Shown piece by piece: positions 20,809 to 28,778 of a stretch of DNA of 64,000 nucleotides (position 1 is the stretch's first letter; every line of letters starts with the position of its first letter). The notes under the pieces are model-generated. The model had not been told where the DNA came from. It made no database searches and was given only the letters and a program-made list of their open reading frames with translations. The translations under genes and the position numbers were made by a program. The stretch covers positions 19,002 through 83,001 of the forward strand of contig JAWKJK010000006.1 in assembly GCA_041393815.1 (NCBI GenBank), written 5' to 3'. The DNA is from Candidatus Nanopelagicales bacterium (GTDB lineage: Bacteria > Actinomycetota > Actinomycetes > S36-B12 > JAWKJK01).

Positions 20809-21684
20809 ATGCGACCCGGCAGGCCCCGGCCACTGCTGGCGGTGTCCGTGGCGGTGACCGCGTTGGTGACCGCGGGCTGCGGACGGCTGGACGAGCTGGC
20901 CTACACGCCGGCCACGACCCCGCAGGAGTGGTGCCAGCAGCGGCCCTGCTTCGACGTGGGCGGGACCGTGGTGTCCGAGCCCTTGGGCACCGCCCTGGTG
21001 GTGCTGCTCGCACTGGCCTGGCTGGGGGCCGGCGCCTACTTCCTGGTCACCGCGTCGGGACAGCGGTCCCGGCTGTGGCTGGGTGTGGCGCTGGTCCTCG
21101 GCGGCGTCGGCGCCGCGATGGCCGGTGCCTCGTACCAGGCGTTCTCGTACCCGCTGAAGTGCGAGGGCTGGGACTACTGCCGCCTCACCGACGGCCTCGA
21201 GGTCGGCTACAGCGTGGCGCAGGCGACCAGCGTCAGCGCCATGGTGGTGGCGGTGGCGTACGCGTGCACGCGGCTCCGCGCGCGGCGGTGGCTCGTGCTG
21301 TATGCGGTCGCCAACGTGGTGGCGTACCTGGCGGTGACGGCGGTCGGGGTGATGCTGCCCAGCGCCGCACTGCTGTCCTTCGAGGTGCTCATGCTGTTCG
21401 CCGTGCCGGGGATCGTGATCGTGATCGTGGTCGGCGCCCGCTGCGCGCGGCAGGCCGACCGGCCGCTGGGACGTCGGCTCGTCGTCGCGGCGGTGCTCCT
21501 CGTCGCGGTGCAGGTCGCGTACTTCGGGTGGTACGCCTCGGGGCTGACGGCGGCCCTCTGGGACGACGGCGCGGGGTTCTACTTCTCGGCCAACGAGGTG
21601 CTGCACGTGGGCATGCTCGGCTGCCTGGTGTACGTCGTGGTTGCGCTGCGGTCACGGCTGCGGGACCTGCCCTCCGGCGGCTGA
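20809..21684 (+). CDS. Hypothetical polytopic membrane protein (possible lipoprotein signal)
   Basis: ATG 20809. The N-terminus 'LLAVSVAVTALVTAGCG' is followed by about 7 hydrophobic segments. No family recognised. Confidence 0.6.
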   Translation: MRPGRPRPLLAVSVAVTALVTAGCGRLDELAYTPATTPQEWCQQRPCFDVGGTVVSEPLGTALVVLLALAWLGAGAYFLVTASGQRSRLWLGVALVLGGVGAAMAGASYQAFSYPLKCEGWDYCRLTDGLEVGYSVAQATSVSAMVVAVAYACTRLRARRWLVLYAVANVVAYLAVTAVGVMLPSAALLSFEVLMLFAVPGIVIVIVVGARCARQADRPLGRRLVVAAVLLVAVQVAYFGWYASGLTAALWDDGAGFYFSANEVLHVGMLGCLVYVVVALRSRLRDLPSGG

Positions 21685-21761
21685 CGCCGACCGCGACCGG
21701 TGGCCCAGGGCGGAGTACAGGGCCACCGGTCGCGGGGACCGGGGTGGTGCGTGGCGGTTGG

Positions 21762-23318
21762 TCAGGCGGTGCCGAAGGCGGCGGCGCGGATCCGGGTCGG
21801 GTCCATGTCGGCGGCGATCCCCAGCGCCGTGCTGGTGGGCCGGTACGCCCGCAGCAGCCGGGAGTGCGCCTCGCTGAGGTAGCCCAGCGACATCCAGCGC
21901 ACGTCCCGCTCGTCCATCGACACCCGCCACTGCTGCCGCTCGCTCGCCGCCAGCGCGTCGGCCTGCGCCGGGGCGTCGGCGCCGAACGGCTCCCAGGTGC
22001 ACACGGTCTGGCCCGGTGACCACCCACACTTCTGGATCACGACGTAGGCGACGCGCTCGCCCCCGAGGTTGCGCCACTCCGTGACCTGCTCGTTGCCCCG
22101 GATGTCGGTGACCCGCACCCGCTCGGCGTGGACGACGTCGTTCTGGTACGGCTTTCCGTTGGGCCGCTGCGTGACCTGGGTCTCGATGGTCTCCGGGTGG
22201 ACGTACCGGGTGGGGATGCCCCGGTCGCGAAGGTACTGCTCCAGCGTCGCCCCGCCGTGCAGCGCCGGCCGGTACTCGCGCACCATCTCCTGCACGAACG
22301 GATCCAGCCAGCCCGTCGTGCTGTGCATCTGCCGCCAGCCGGCGCGCCAGAGGTCGCCGTTGAACTCCACAGCGGCCCACGGGCCCATCACCCACTGGGA
22401 CCCGCGGGTGTGGACGTAGGGGTGGTCGGCCGCGTCGGCGGCCAGGCCGTACTCGTACATCCGCAGCACGGTGTCGGCGGAGACGTCGGAGAGCGTCTCC
22501 AGGTCCGCGGCCACGGTTCCGGTGGTGTCCCACCGCTGCAGCAGGTCCAGGGTGGCCAGGCCCTGCGCGAGCACGGCGCGGTAGTCCTCGCGGGCGGTGT
22601 CGATGGTCCGCCAGTACGACGGGAGGTCGGCGCTGACCCGCGACGGCTCGGCCGCGCGCATCATCAGCGGGATCGTGCCGGTGGTCGGGTTGACCAGCTG
22701 GAACGACAGGTCGGCCACGGACGTGCGGATGACCGTCTGCAGGTCCGACACATGCGACGCCGACGGGGTGGCGCCCCGCTCGATCCAGGAGCGGACGGAG
22801 GCCATCGCCACGGACAGCCGGCTCGCGGCCTGACCCGCCTGCGAGTACGAGTCGTAGAAGTTGGCGCGGTCCTGGCCGTCGAGCAGTGCCTCGACCTGGG
22901 CCGCCAGCGCGCGGACGTCGGAGTTCAGCTGCTCGACGGACGCGCCGATGTCGGACAGCGCCGCGACCAGCTCCTGGTCGGAGTGGCCGAAGCCCAGCTC
23001 CTGGGCGAGCAGCTCGAAGGACATGTGCCCGGCCCCCGTCCCGAGGCCCTTGAAGAACATCAGGCCGAACTTCACGGCCAGCCCGTAGGCGCGGGAGTTG
23101 GCGGCCTCGGGGGCCTCGGCCAGCATGCCCGCAGCGCGCAGTCGCTCCAGGGCGGCGGCGCCCTCGTCATGGGCGCTGGAGCCGGTGCTGGCGCTCGCGG
23201 CCCCGGCCGTTGCGGCGGGGGCCGCCTGCGCGGCGGGAGCCAGCGTGGCCAGCCCCAGGGTCAGGCAGGCGGTGGTCGCGCAGACCGCCGCCAGGATGCG
23301 GGTCCTCGGTGTCGTCAC
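21762..23318 (-). CDS. Secreted hypothetical protein (518 aa), family not recognised
   Basis: GTG start preceded by a strong SD (GAGGAGGA, ~9 nt). Signal peptide ends ...LAPAAQA. The N-terminal half is helical and the C-terminal half beta-rich. GC3-rich coding. Confidence 0.7.
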   Translation of the reverse strand: MTTPRTRILAAVCATTACLTLGLATLAPAAQAAPAATAGAASASTGSSAHDEGAAALERLRAAGMLAEAPEAANSRAYGLAVKFGLMFFKGLGTGAGHMSFELLAQELGFGHSDQELVAALSDIGASVEQLNSDVRALAAQVEALLDGQDRANFYDSYSQAGQAASRLSVAMASVRSWIERGATPSASHVSDLQTVIRTSVADLSFQLVNPTTGTIPLMMRAAEPSRVSADLPSYWRTIDTAREDYRAVLAQGLATLDLLQRWDTTGTVAADLETLSDVSADTVLRMYEYGLAADAADHPYVHTRGSQWVMGPWAAVEFNGDLWRAGWRQMHSTTGWLDPFVQEMVREYRPALHGGATLEQYLRDRGIPTRYVHPETIETQVTQRPNGKPYQNDVVHAERVRVTDIRGNEQVTEWRNLGGERVAYVVIQKCGWSPGQTVCTWEPFGADAPAQADALAASERQQWRVSMDERDVRWMSLGYLSEAHSRLLRAYRPTSTALGIAADMDPTRIRAAAFGTA

Positions 23319-23384
23319 GGTGCGGGTCCTCCTCGGTTACGGCGGGCGCCGATCGCTCACCGAGGTGCTACCCGGGGGAGTCGG

Positions 23385-23452
23385 TGTTCCCCACCTGGGG
23401 AATCGGGTTTCCCTGGGGAAATGCGTGTTCCCCCAAGGGAAACCGGGGTTCC
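23385..23452. promoter_or_regulatory. Array of TTCCC(C)/GGGGAA palindromes (candidate TetR operators) in the divergent intergenic region
   Basis: IR1 is TTCCCCA-cc-TGGGGAA (23387-23402). IR2 is TTTCCC-tg-GGGAAA (23408-23421). IR3 is TTCCC-ccaa-GGGAA (23428-23441). AACC-gg-GGTT follows at 23441-23450. GTGTTCCCC recurs with a 40-bp period (23385, 23425). Confidence 0.6.
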
Positions 23453-23489
23453 TCCGGTCGACGGACTCGTCGGCGCCTAGAGTCGCGGC

Positions 23490-24077
23490 GTGGCGGAGTC
23501 GGTGTCCGCGGAGACCCGCGAACGGATCACGCTCGCGGCGGTGCGCGCCGTGCGCGCCGCCCCGGTGACCGCGCTGTCGGTGCAGCAGGTCGCCGAGGCC
23601 GCCGGGGTGACCACGTCCTCGGTCTACAAGGCGTTCTCCAGCAAGTACGAGCTGTTCGCCGTGGCCTGCCGGCGCGTGCTGGTCGAGCAGGTGGTCGAGG
23701 TCGCCCGGGGCGTCGACGAGGCGGCCCCGCCCCTGCAGCGGCTGCGGCAGGTCCTGGCGGGGCTGTTCGCCGTGGGCCGGGCCGAGCCGTTCCCGACCGC
23801 GTACCTGTACGGCATGTTCCCGCTGCTGCAGCACAAGGAGGTCGACGACTCCGTACGGCGCGAGGTCGACGAGGTGGAGGCCGAGCTGCGGGACCGGCTG
23901 CGGCACCGGATCGCCGACGCCGTCGAGGCCGGCGACCTGGCGGGCGACCCGAACGACCTCGCCGCGGTATGCGCGACCGCGGCGTTCGGCTACCTCGGGA
24001 TGGCGGTGCACGGGGCGACGCCGGTCGCCCCGGAGGCGTACGCGGACTTCGTCGTCCGCGGCCTGCCCCGGCCCTGA
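23490..24077 (+). CDS. TetR/AcrR family transcriptional regulator
   Basis: The N-terminal HTH 'ERITLAAVRAVRAAPVTALSVQQVAEAAGVTTSSVYKAFSSKYELF' is typical of TetR. TAGAGT (23478-23483) lies 6 nt before the GTG start, so the mRNA may be leaderless. Confidence 0.85.
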   Translation: MAESVSAETRERITLAAVRAVRAAPVTALSVQQVAEAAGVTTSSVYKAFSSKYELFAVACRRVLVEQVVEVARGVDEAAPPLQRLRQVLAGLFAVGRAEPFPTAYLYGMFPLLQHKEVDDSVRREVDEVEAELRDRLRHRIADAVEAGDLAGDPNDLAAVCATAAFGYLGMAVHGATPVAPEAYADFVVRGLPRP

Positions 24078-24082
24078 GACCG

Positions 24083-24102
24083 CGCCCCGGCCGTGCGGGG
24101 CG
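24083..24102. terminator. GC-rich hairpin between the tetR stop and the tRNA-Leu 3' end (candidate bidirectional terminator)
   Basis: CGCCCCG (24083-24089), a 6-nt loop, then CGGGGCG (24096-24102). There is no U-tract, as is common in actinobacteria. Confidence 0.35.
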
Positions 24103-24114
24103 GGCGGCGAGGAG

Positions 24115-24196
24115 TGCGGGTGGAGGGACTCGAACCCTCACGCCTTGCGGCACAGGAACCTAAATCCTGCACGTCTGCCAGTTCCGCCACACCCGC
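24115..24196 (-). tRNA. tRNA-Leu (anticodon UAG)
   Basis: The reverse complement folds as a class II tRNA. Acceptor GCGGGTG/CACCCGC; anticodon arm CAGGA-TTTAGGT-TCCTG (anticodon TAG, G37); long variable arm GCC-GCAA-GGC; T-arm GAGGG-TTCGAGT-CCCTC. CCA is not encoded. Confidence 0.9.
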
Positions 24197-24246
24197 GCGA
24201 CGCGCCAGCCTACGCGCGCCACCCCCTGTGGTGCCGGTTCCGCGAG

Positions 24247-25476
24247 CTACAGCGCACGCAACCGGCACCACAGCGGGCGGGTCAGGAGGGCGAGGCCGGC
24301 CAGGCCGCCGAGGACGCCGGAGATCAGCAGCGGGACGACCCCGTTGCCGGCCCCGGCGGTCCACGCCAGGCCGGCCCACAGCCCGGCCGCGAAGATCGAG
24401 GCGTTCGTCAGCGCCTGGTAGACCCCCTGGGCCCGGCCCCGGTGCTCCTCGTCCACCAGCGAGGAGATCCACGCCTTGCCCACGCCGTCGGTCAGCGCGG
24501 GGAAGAGCCCGTACACCGCGATGAGCACCCAGACCCCGGGACCGCCGTCCACCAGCCCGAGCCCGAGGTAGCCGACGGCGAACGCGAGCAGCCCCGCGCC
24601 GTAGATCAGCGAGCGCGGCCAGCGGTCGCTGAAGGCACCGGCGGGGTACGAGGCGGCGGCGTACACGACGTTGAAGAGCACGTAGGCCAGCACCACCTCG
24701 GTGGTGCTGAACCCCAGCTCGTAGACCCGCAGCAGCAGCAGGGCGTCGGGGAAGTTCACCACCGCGATGAGGACGAGGACCGTCGCCACCCGCCAGAAGG
24801 GGCGGGGCAGCGGGGAACGGCGCGGCCGCGGGCGGCGCGCCGCCGACAGGTCGAAATCCCCGGCGGTGCCGGTCGGGCTGGGCGCCGGTGCCCCGCGCCG
24901 ACGGGCCCGCGGGTCCCTGGCCAGCAGCACCAGCAGCACGGACAGCACGGCGGGCACCACCGCGACCCACATCGCCGCCCGGATGTTCCCGGACAGTGCC
25001 GCGAGCGCCGCCAGCCCCAGCAGCGGGCCGACCACCGCGCCGAGGGTGTCACCGGCCCGGTGGAACCCGAACGCGCGGCCGTACGATGGCGCCGGCACGG
25101 AGTCGGCGATCCACGCGTCGCGCGGCGCCGACCGGATCCCCTTGCCCAGCCGGTCGACGACGCGGCCGACCAGCACCACCGGCCACACCCAGGCGGCGGC
25201 CACGACGGCCTTGCCCACGACCGCCAGGCCGTAGCCGACGGTCGTCAGCGGCTTGCGTCCGATCCGGTCCGACCAGCGGCCGGACACGTACTTCGCGATC
25301 CCGGCGGTGGCCTCGGCGACACCCTCGACCACTCCGACGACGACGGCGGGGGCGGCCAGCACCCCGGTGAGGAACAGCGGGAGCAGCGGGTACAGCAGCT
25401 CGCTGGCCGCGTCCTGGGTGAACGAGACCGCGGTGAGGATGAGCAGGTTGCGGGTCAGCCACGCCGGCCGTCGCAC
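24247..25476 (-). CDS. MFS transporter
   Basis: 409-aa polytopic protein with GTG start. Contains MFS loops 'GRWSDRIGRKP' and 'GAFSDRWPR'. Confidence 0.8.
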   Translation of the reverse strand: MRRPAWLTRNLLILTAVSFTQDAASELLYPLLPLFLTGVLAAPAVVVGVVEGVAEATAGIAKYVSGRWSDRIGRKPLTTVGYGLAVVGKAVVAAAWVWPVVLVGRVVDRLGKGIRSAPRDAWIADSVPAPSYGRAFGFHRAGDTLGAVVGPLLGLAALAALSGNIRAAMWVAVVPAVLSVLLVLLARDPRARRRGAPAPSPTGTAGDFDLSAARRPRPRRSPLPRPFWRVATVLVLIAVVNFPDALLLLRVYELGFSTTEVVLAYVLFNVVYAAASYPAGAFSDRWPRSLIYGAGLLAFAVGYLGLGLVDGGPGVWVLIAVYGLFPALTDGVGKAWISSLVDEEHRGRAQGVYQALTNASIFAAGLWAGLAWTAGAGNGVVPLLISGVLGGLAGLALLTRPLWCRLRAL

Positions 25477-25513
25477 CGCTCCCCACCCCCGTCCGCGGGC
25501 CGGACTGCTCCCG

Positions 25514-25984
25514 CTACCCCAGCCCGAGGTCGCGGCGCAGCTTCGCGACGTGCCCCTTGGCCTTGACGTTGTAGAACGCGTGCTCGACCTTGCCGGTCGG
25601 CCCGATGACGAACGTGGACCGGATCACGCCGGTGACGGTCTTGCCGTACATGGACTTCTCGCCCCAGGCGCCGTACTTCTCCAGCACCGCGTGGTCGGGG
25701 TCGGACACCAGCGGGAAGGTCAGCCCGTCGCGCTCGCGGAACCTGGCCAGCTTCTCCGGCTTGTCCGGGGAGATGCCGATGACCGTGATGCCCTGGGCCG
25801 CGAGCGCGTCGAGGCTGTCGCGGAAGTCGCACGCCTGCGTGGTGCAGCCGGGGGTCATCGCGGCCGGGTAGGCATACAGGATCACGGTCTGGCCGCGAAA
25901 GTCCTTGAGGCTCAGCTTGTTGCCGGCGTCGTCCAGGAGGGTGAAGGCGGGGGCGGTCTGCCCGGGCTCGAGTCGCGTCGTCAC
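25514..25984 (-). CDS. bcp: Thioredoxin-dependent thiol peroxidase (peroxiredoxin Bcp)
   Basis: 'APAFTLLDDAGN...YPAAMTPGCTTQACDFRD' carries the peroxidatic Cys motif PxxxTxxC. The start could instead be GTG 26020 (12 codons upstream). Confidence 0.85.
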   Translation of the reverse strand: MTTRLEPGQTAPAFTLLDDAGNKLSLKDFRGQTVILYAYPAAMTPGCTTQACDFRDSLDALAAQGITVIGISPDKPEKLARFRERDGLTFPLVSDPDHAVLEKYGAWGEKSMYGKTVTGVIRSTFVIGPTGKVEHAFYNVKAKGHVAKLRRDLGLG

Positions 25985-26198
25985 GGATCCGGAGTGTACG
26001 AGCCCCGCGGCCGGCGGCACCGACCGGCAGCGGTCGGCAGTGCGGCGACCGGCCTACCCGACCGGGGTACCCCCTGCCCACGGACCTGCGTCCCGGGGAC
26101 CTAGGCCCCTGGGCCCGGGACACCGGGACGACGGACCCTGGGGTTGGGACCGGGGTCGGCTGGTTCCGGTCCCACCTCCGGGAGAGGAGGTGAGACAG

Positions 26199-26795
26199 AT
26201 GACAGCGATGACCCCTCCGGTCCTCCCTCCTATCGACGAGCACCCCGACCTCAAGACGCTCGAGGCGCCTGAGCACGTCGGGACCACTCCGCCGCCCACG
26301 CCCGAGCAGAAGCAGCTCCCCTGGGTGACGGCACTCGTCGGACTGGTCGTCGGTCTGCTCGTCGGCTTCATCGGCGGCCTGCTGGCCCCCGTGATCGGGC
26401 CGGCGGGTCCGATCGCCGTCGGGTGGGCACCCGCCGAGTACGGCCTCGCGCACGAGCACCTGGCTCAGGCGCCGTTCGGGTGGGGGTACGAGGCCAGCCT
26501 TCCGATGGAGCACCTGGCGCAGGCGCCGATCCCGTGGGTCGGCGTCCCCACCGCCGCGGTGAGCCTGGCGATGGAGCACCTGGCGCAGGCACCCATTCCG
26601 TGGGTCGGGTCGTACACCAGTGAGGTGAGCCTGGCGAACGAGCACCTGGCGCAGGCGCCGGTGCCCGCGGCCGCCACCACGGCCAGCGAGACCAGCCTGG
26701 CGATGGAGCACCTGGCGCAAGCCCCGGTGCCCTACGTCGGGGCGCTGACCAGCGAGATCAGCCTGGCCCAGGAGCACCTGGCCCAGGCGCCGTGA
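26199..26795 (+). CDS. Single-pass membrane protein with six C-terminal 'EHLAQAP' repeats (unrecognised family)
   Basis: SD GGAGAGGAGG lies ~8 nt before ATG 26199. High GC3. Pro-rich N-terminus, then TM 'LPWVTALVGLVVGLLVGFIGGLLAPVIG', then 6 repeats of ~20-22 aa. The protein ends exactly after the sixth EHLAQAP. Confidence 0.75.
   Translation: MTAMTPPVLPPIDEHPDLKTLEAPEHVGTTPPPTPEQKQLPWVTALVGLVVGLLVGFIGGLLAPVIGPAGPIAVGWAPAEYGLAHEHLAQAPFGWGYEASLPMEHLAQAPIPWVGVPTAAVSLAMEHLAQAPIPWVGSYTSEVSLANEHLAQAPVPAAATTASETSLAMEHLAQAPVPYVGALTSEISLAQEHLAQAP
26454..26792 (+). repeat. Six copies of GAGCACCTGGC(N)CAGGC(N)CC at ~60-66 bp spacing (coding repeats of the EHLAQAP protein)
   Basis: Direct reading: copies start near 26454, 26517, 26574, 26640, 26706 and 26772. 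All are in the same reading frame. Confidence 0.9.
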
Positions 26796-26867
26796 TCCGC
26801 GCGCGCAGAGACCGGCGCACGTGCACGGGAGGAGATGAGCGGATGGCAGAAAGCGCCGATCCCGGAG

Positions 26868-26895
26868 CCGTCCGGCCTGGCAGCGGGCCGGACGG
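26868..26895 (+). terminator. Perfect 10-bp stem hairpin between the repeat-protein gene and cbiM (terminator or attenuator candidate)
   Basis: CCGTCCGGCC (26868-26877), an 8-nt loop, then GGCCGGACGG (26886-26895). It is followed by the 12-nt palindrome CCGGGGCCCCGG (26902-26913). Confidence 0.4.
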
Positions 26896-26931
26896 TGCGT
26901 GCCGGGGCCCCGGAGCCGCGTAGGCCCGGGG

Positions 26932-26975
26932 CCTTGTTGCAAGGGACTTGCAGAAGCAAGGCGGCCGCATATCCT
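26932..26975 (+). promoter_or_regulatory. Candidate promoter (TTGCAG-N16-TATCCT) with two dyads, positioned for a leaderless cbiM transcript
   Basis: -35 TTGCAG (26948-26953) and -10 TATCCT (26970-26975). The GTG start at 26982 lies 6 nt after the -10. Dyads CCTTG-ttg-CAAGG (26932-26944) and CTTGC-agaa-GCAAG (26947-26960) overlap the -35. Confidence 0.35.
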
Positions 26976-26981
26976 GACCCG

Positions 26982-28778
26982 GTGCACATCCCCGACGGCT
27001 TCATCGACGCCCCCGTGTCCGCCGCGGCGGGCGTCATCGCCGTCGCGGGGATCGCGATCTCCCTGCAGGGTGCCCGACGCCAGCTGGACGAGCGCACCGC
27101 ACCCCTGGCCGGTCTCGTGGCCGTCTTCGTCTTCGCGGCCCAGATGCTCAACTTCCCGGTCGCGGCCGGCACCAGCGGCCACCTGCTCGGGGGAGCGCTC
27201 GCGGCGATACTGGTCGGCCCGTGGGCCGGCGCGCTGGCGGTCTCCGTCGTACTCGTGGTGCAGGCGCTGGTCTTCGCCGACGGCGGGCTGAGCGCGCTCG
27301 GGCTGAACATCATCAACATGGCGTTCGTGACCGTGCTGGTGGGCTGGCCGGTCTTCCGCCTGCTCGCCCGGGTGCTGCCGAGGCGTCGGTCGTCCTGGGT
27401 CGCGGCCGCCTTCGTCGGCGGGTTCCTGTCCGTTCCGGCGTCCGCGGTGGCCTTCACGCTGGAGTACGCGATCGGCGGGACGGGCACGTTCTCCAACGGA
27501 ACCGTCCTGCTCGCGATGGTCGGGACCCACCTGCTGATCGGGCTCGGTGAGGGCGTCATCACCGCGTTGACCGTCGGGGCCGTGCTGGCCGTCCGCGCCG
27601 ACCTCGTCTACGGCGTGCACGACCTGCGGCCCGCCCCCGCCGTGGGGTCCGCGGGCTCGCCCGCGGGCGCACCTCAGCCGGCGGGACGAGGCTCGGGGCC
27701 GTGGGGCTTCCTGGCCGTGGGCCTCGCGCTGTCGGTCGTGCTGGCAGGGGTCGTCTCGTTCTACGCCAGCGCGGCACCGGACGGGCTGGAGAAGGTCGCG
27801 GAGGACCAGGGCTTCCTGGCGTCCGCCGAGGACTCGGCGGTCGCGGGATCCCCGCTGGCCGACTACGGGGTGGCCGGGGTCTCGGACGAGCGGTTCTCCG
27901 TCGGTCTGGCCGGCCTGATCGGCGTCCTGATCATGGTCGCCGTGGCGTTCGTGCTGTTCTGGTGGATCGGGCGGCGCCGTGGCGCCTCCTCCGGCGCCGC
28001 GAACCACCGGCACGGGCACGACGTGGGAGAGCGGCTGTACGTCCACCGGCACACGCCGCTGCACCTCATGCCGGCCGAGGCGAAGGTGATCGCGCTGGTG
28101 GCGTTCATCTTCGTGGTGGTCGCGACACCGGCCCAGCAGTACTGGGCGTTCGGCGTCTACGCCGCGCTCCTCGTCGCCGTGGCCGCCGTCGCCCGCGTCC
28201 CGGCGACCGTGATCCTGCCGCGGATGGTCGTGGAGGTCCCCTTCCTGCTGTTCGCGGTCCTCATGCCCTTCTTCGGACCCGACCCGACGGTCGAGGTCCT
28301 GGGACTCTCGCTGTCGCAGCCGGGGCTCGTCGCGGCCTGGGGGATCATCGCCAAGGCGACCCTCGGTGTCGTCGGGGCGATCCTGCTCGCCGCCACTACG
28401 CCCACCCGGGACCTGCTGATGGGCCTGGAGCGGCTGCACGTGCCCCCGATGCTGGTCCAGATCGCGGCGTTCATGATGCGGTACACGCACGTCGTGACCG
28501 ACGAGATGAGCCGGATGCGGGTCGCCCGCGAGTCCCGGGGCTTCGAGGCAACGGGGGTCCGGTCGTGGCCGACGGTCGCGCAGTCGGCCGGCGCCCTGTT
28601 CATCCGCTCCTACGAACGAGGAGAACGCGTGCACCTTGCCATGCTCAGCCGGGGCTACACCGGCACGATGCCGGTCCTGGACCGGGTGCATGCCACGTCC
28701 CGCGACTGGACCACGGCCCTGACGCTGCCCGCGGTGGCGCTGGTCGTGTGCCTGGCCGCCTGGGCGGTGCAGCGATGA
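26982..28778 (+). CDS. cbiM: Co/Ni ECF transporter: CbiM - PDGLE (CbiN-like) - CbiQ in one uninterrupted frame
   Basis: GTG-CAC start gives the N-terminus (M)HIPDGF typical of CbiM/NikM. 'AAPDGLEKVAED' (PDGLE domain) plus a TM follow, and then a CbiQ-like T component ('LHLMPAEAKVIALVAF...', 'ARESRGF'). No in-frame stop occurs from 26982 to 28778. An alternative ATG at 26835 would add 49 aa. Confidence 0.8.
   Translation: MHIPDGFIDAPVSAAAGVIAVAGIAISLQGARRQLDERTAPLAGLVAVFVFAAQMLNFPVAAGTSGHLLGGALAAILVGPWAGALAVSVVLVVQALVFADGGLSALGLNIINMAFVTVLVGWPVFRLLARVLPRRRSSWVAAAFVGGFLSVPASAVAFTLEYAIGGTGTFSNGTVLLAMVGTHLLIGLGEGVITALTVGAVLAVRADLVYGVHDLRPAPAVGSAGSPAGAPQPAGRGSGPWGFLAVGLALSVVLAGVVSFYASAAPDGLEKVAEDQGFLASAEDSAVAGSPLADYGVAGVSDERFSVGLAGLIGVLIMVAVAFVLFWWIGRRRGASSGAANHRHGHDVGERLYVHRHTPLHLMPAEAKVIALVAFIFVVVATPAQQYWAFGVYAALLVAVAAVARVPATVILPRMVVEVPFLLFAVLMPFFGPDPTVEVLGLSLSQPGLVAAWGIIAKATLGVVGAILLAATTPTRDLLMGLERLHVPPMLVQIAAFMMRYTHVVTDEMSRMRVARESRGFEATGVRSWPTVAQSAGALFIRSYERGERVHLAMLSRGYTGTMPVLDRVHATSRDWTTALTLPAVALVVCLAAWAVQR

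Noticed and set aside
26454-26792. CRISPR-like periodicity (a ~20-bp repeat every ~60-66 bp, six copies)
   Set aside because: All copies are in one reading frame of an SD-preceded ORF and encode the same heptapeptide. The 'spacers' are also related to each other (PxPWVG..TSE). No cas genes or leader are present. These are protein-coding tandem repeats, not a CRISPR array.
26021-26981. Cobalamin riboswitch expected upstream of a cbiMNQO operon
   Set aside because: I read both candidate leaders (26021-26198 and 26796-26981) and could not find the conserved B12-box-like core or the usual GCCACTG / GGTGC..AA.TCC elements. A covariance-model scan would be needed to exclude a divergent member.
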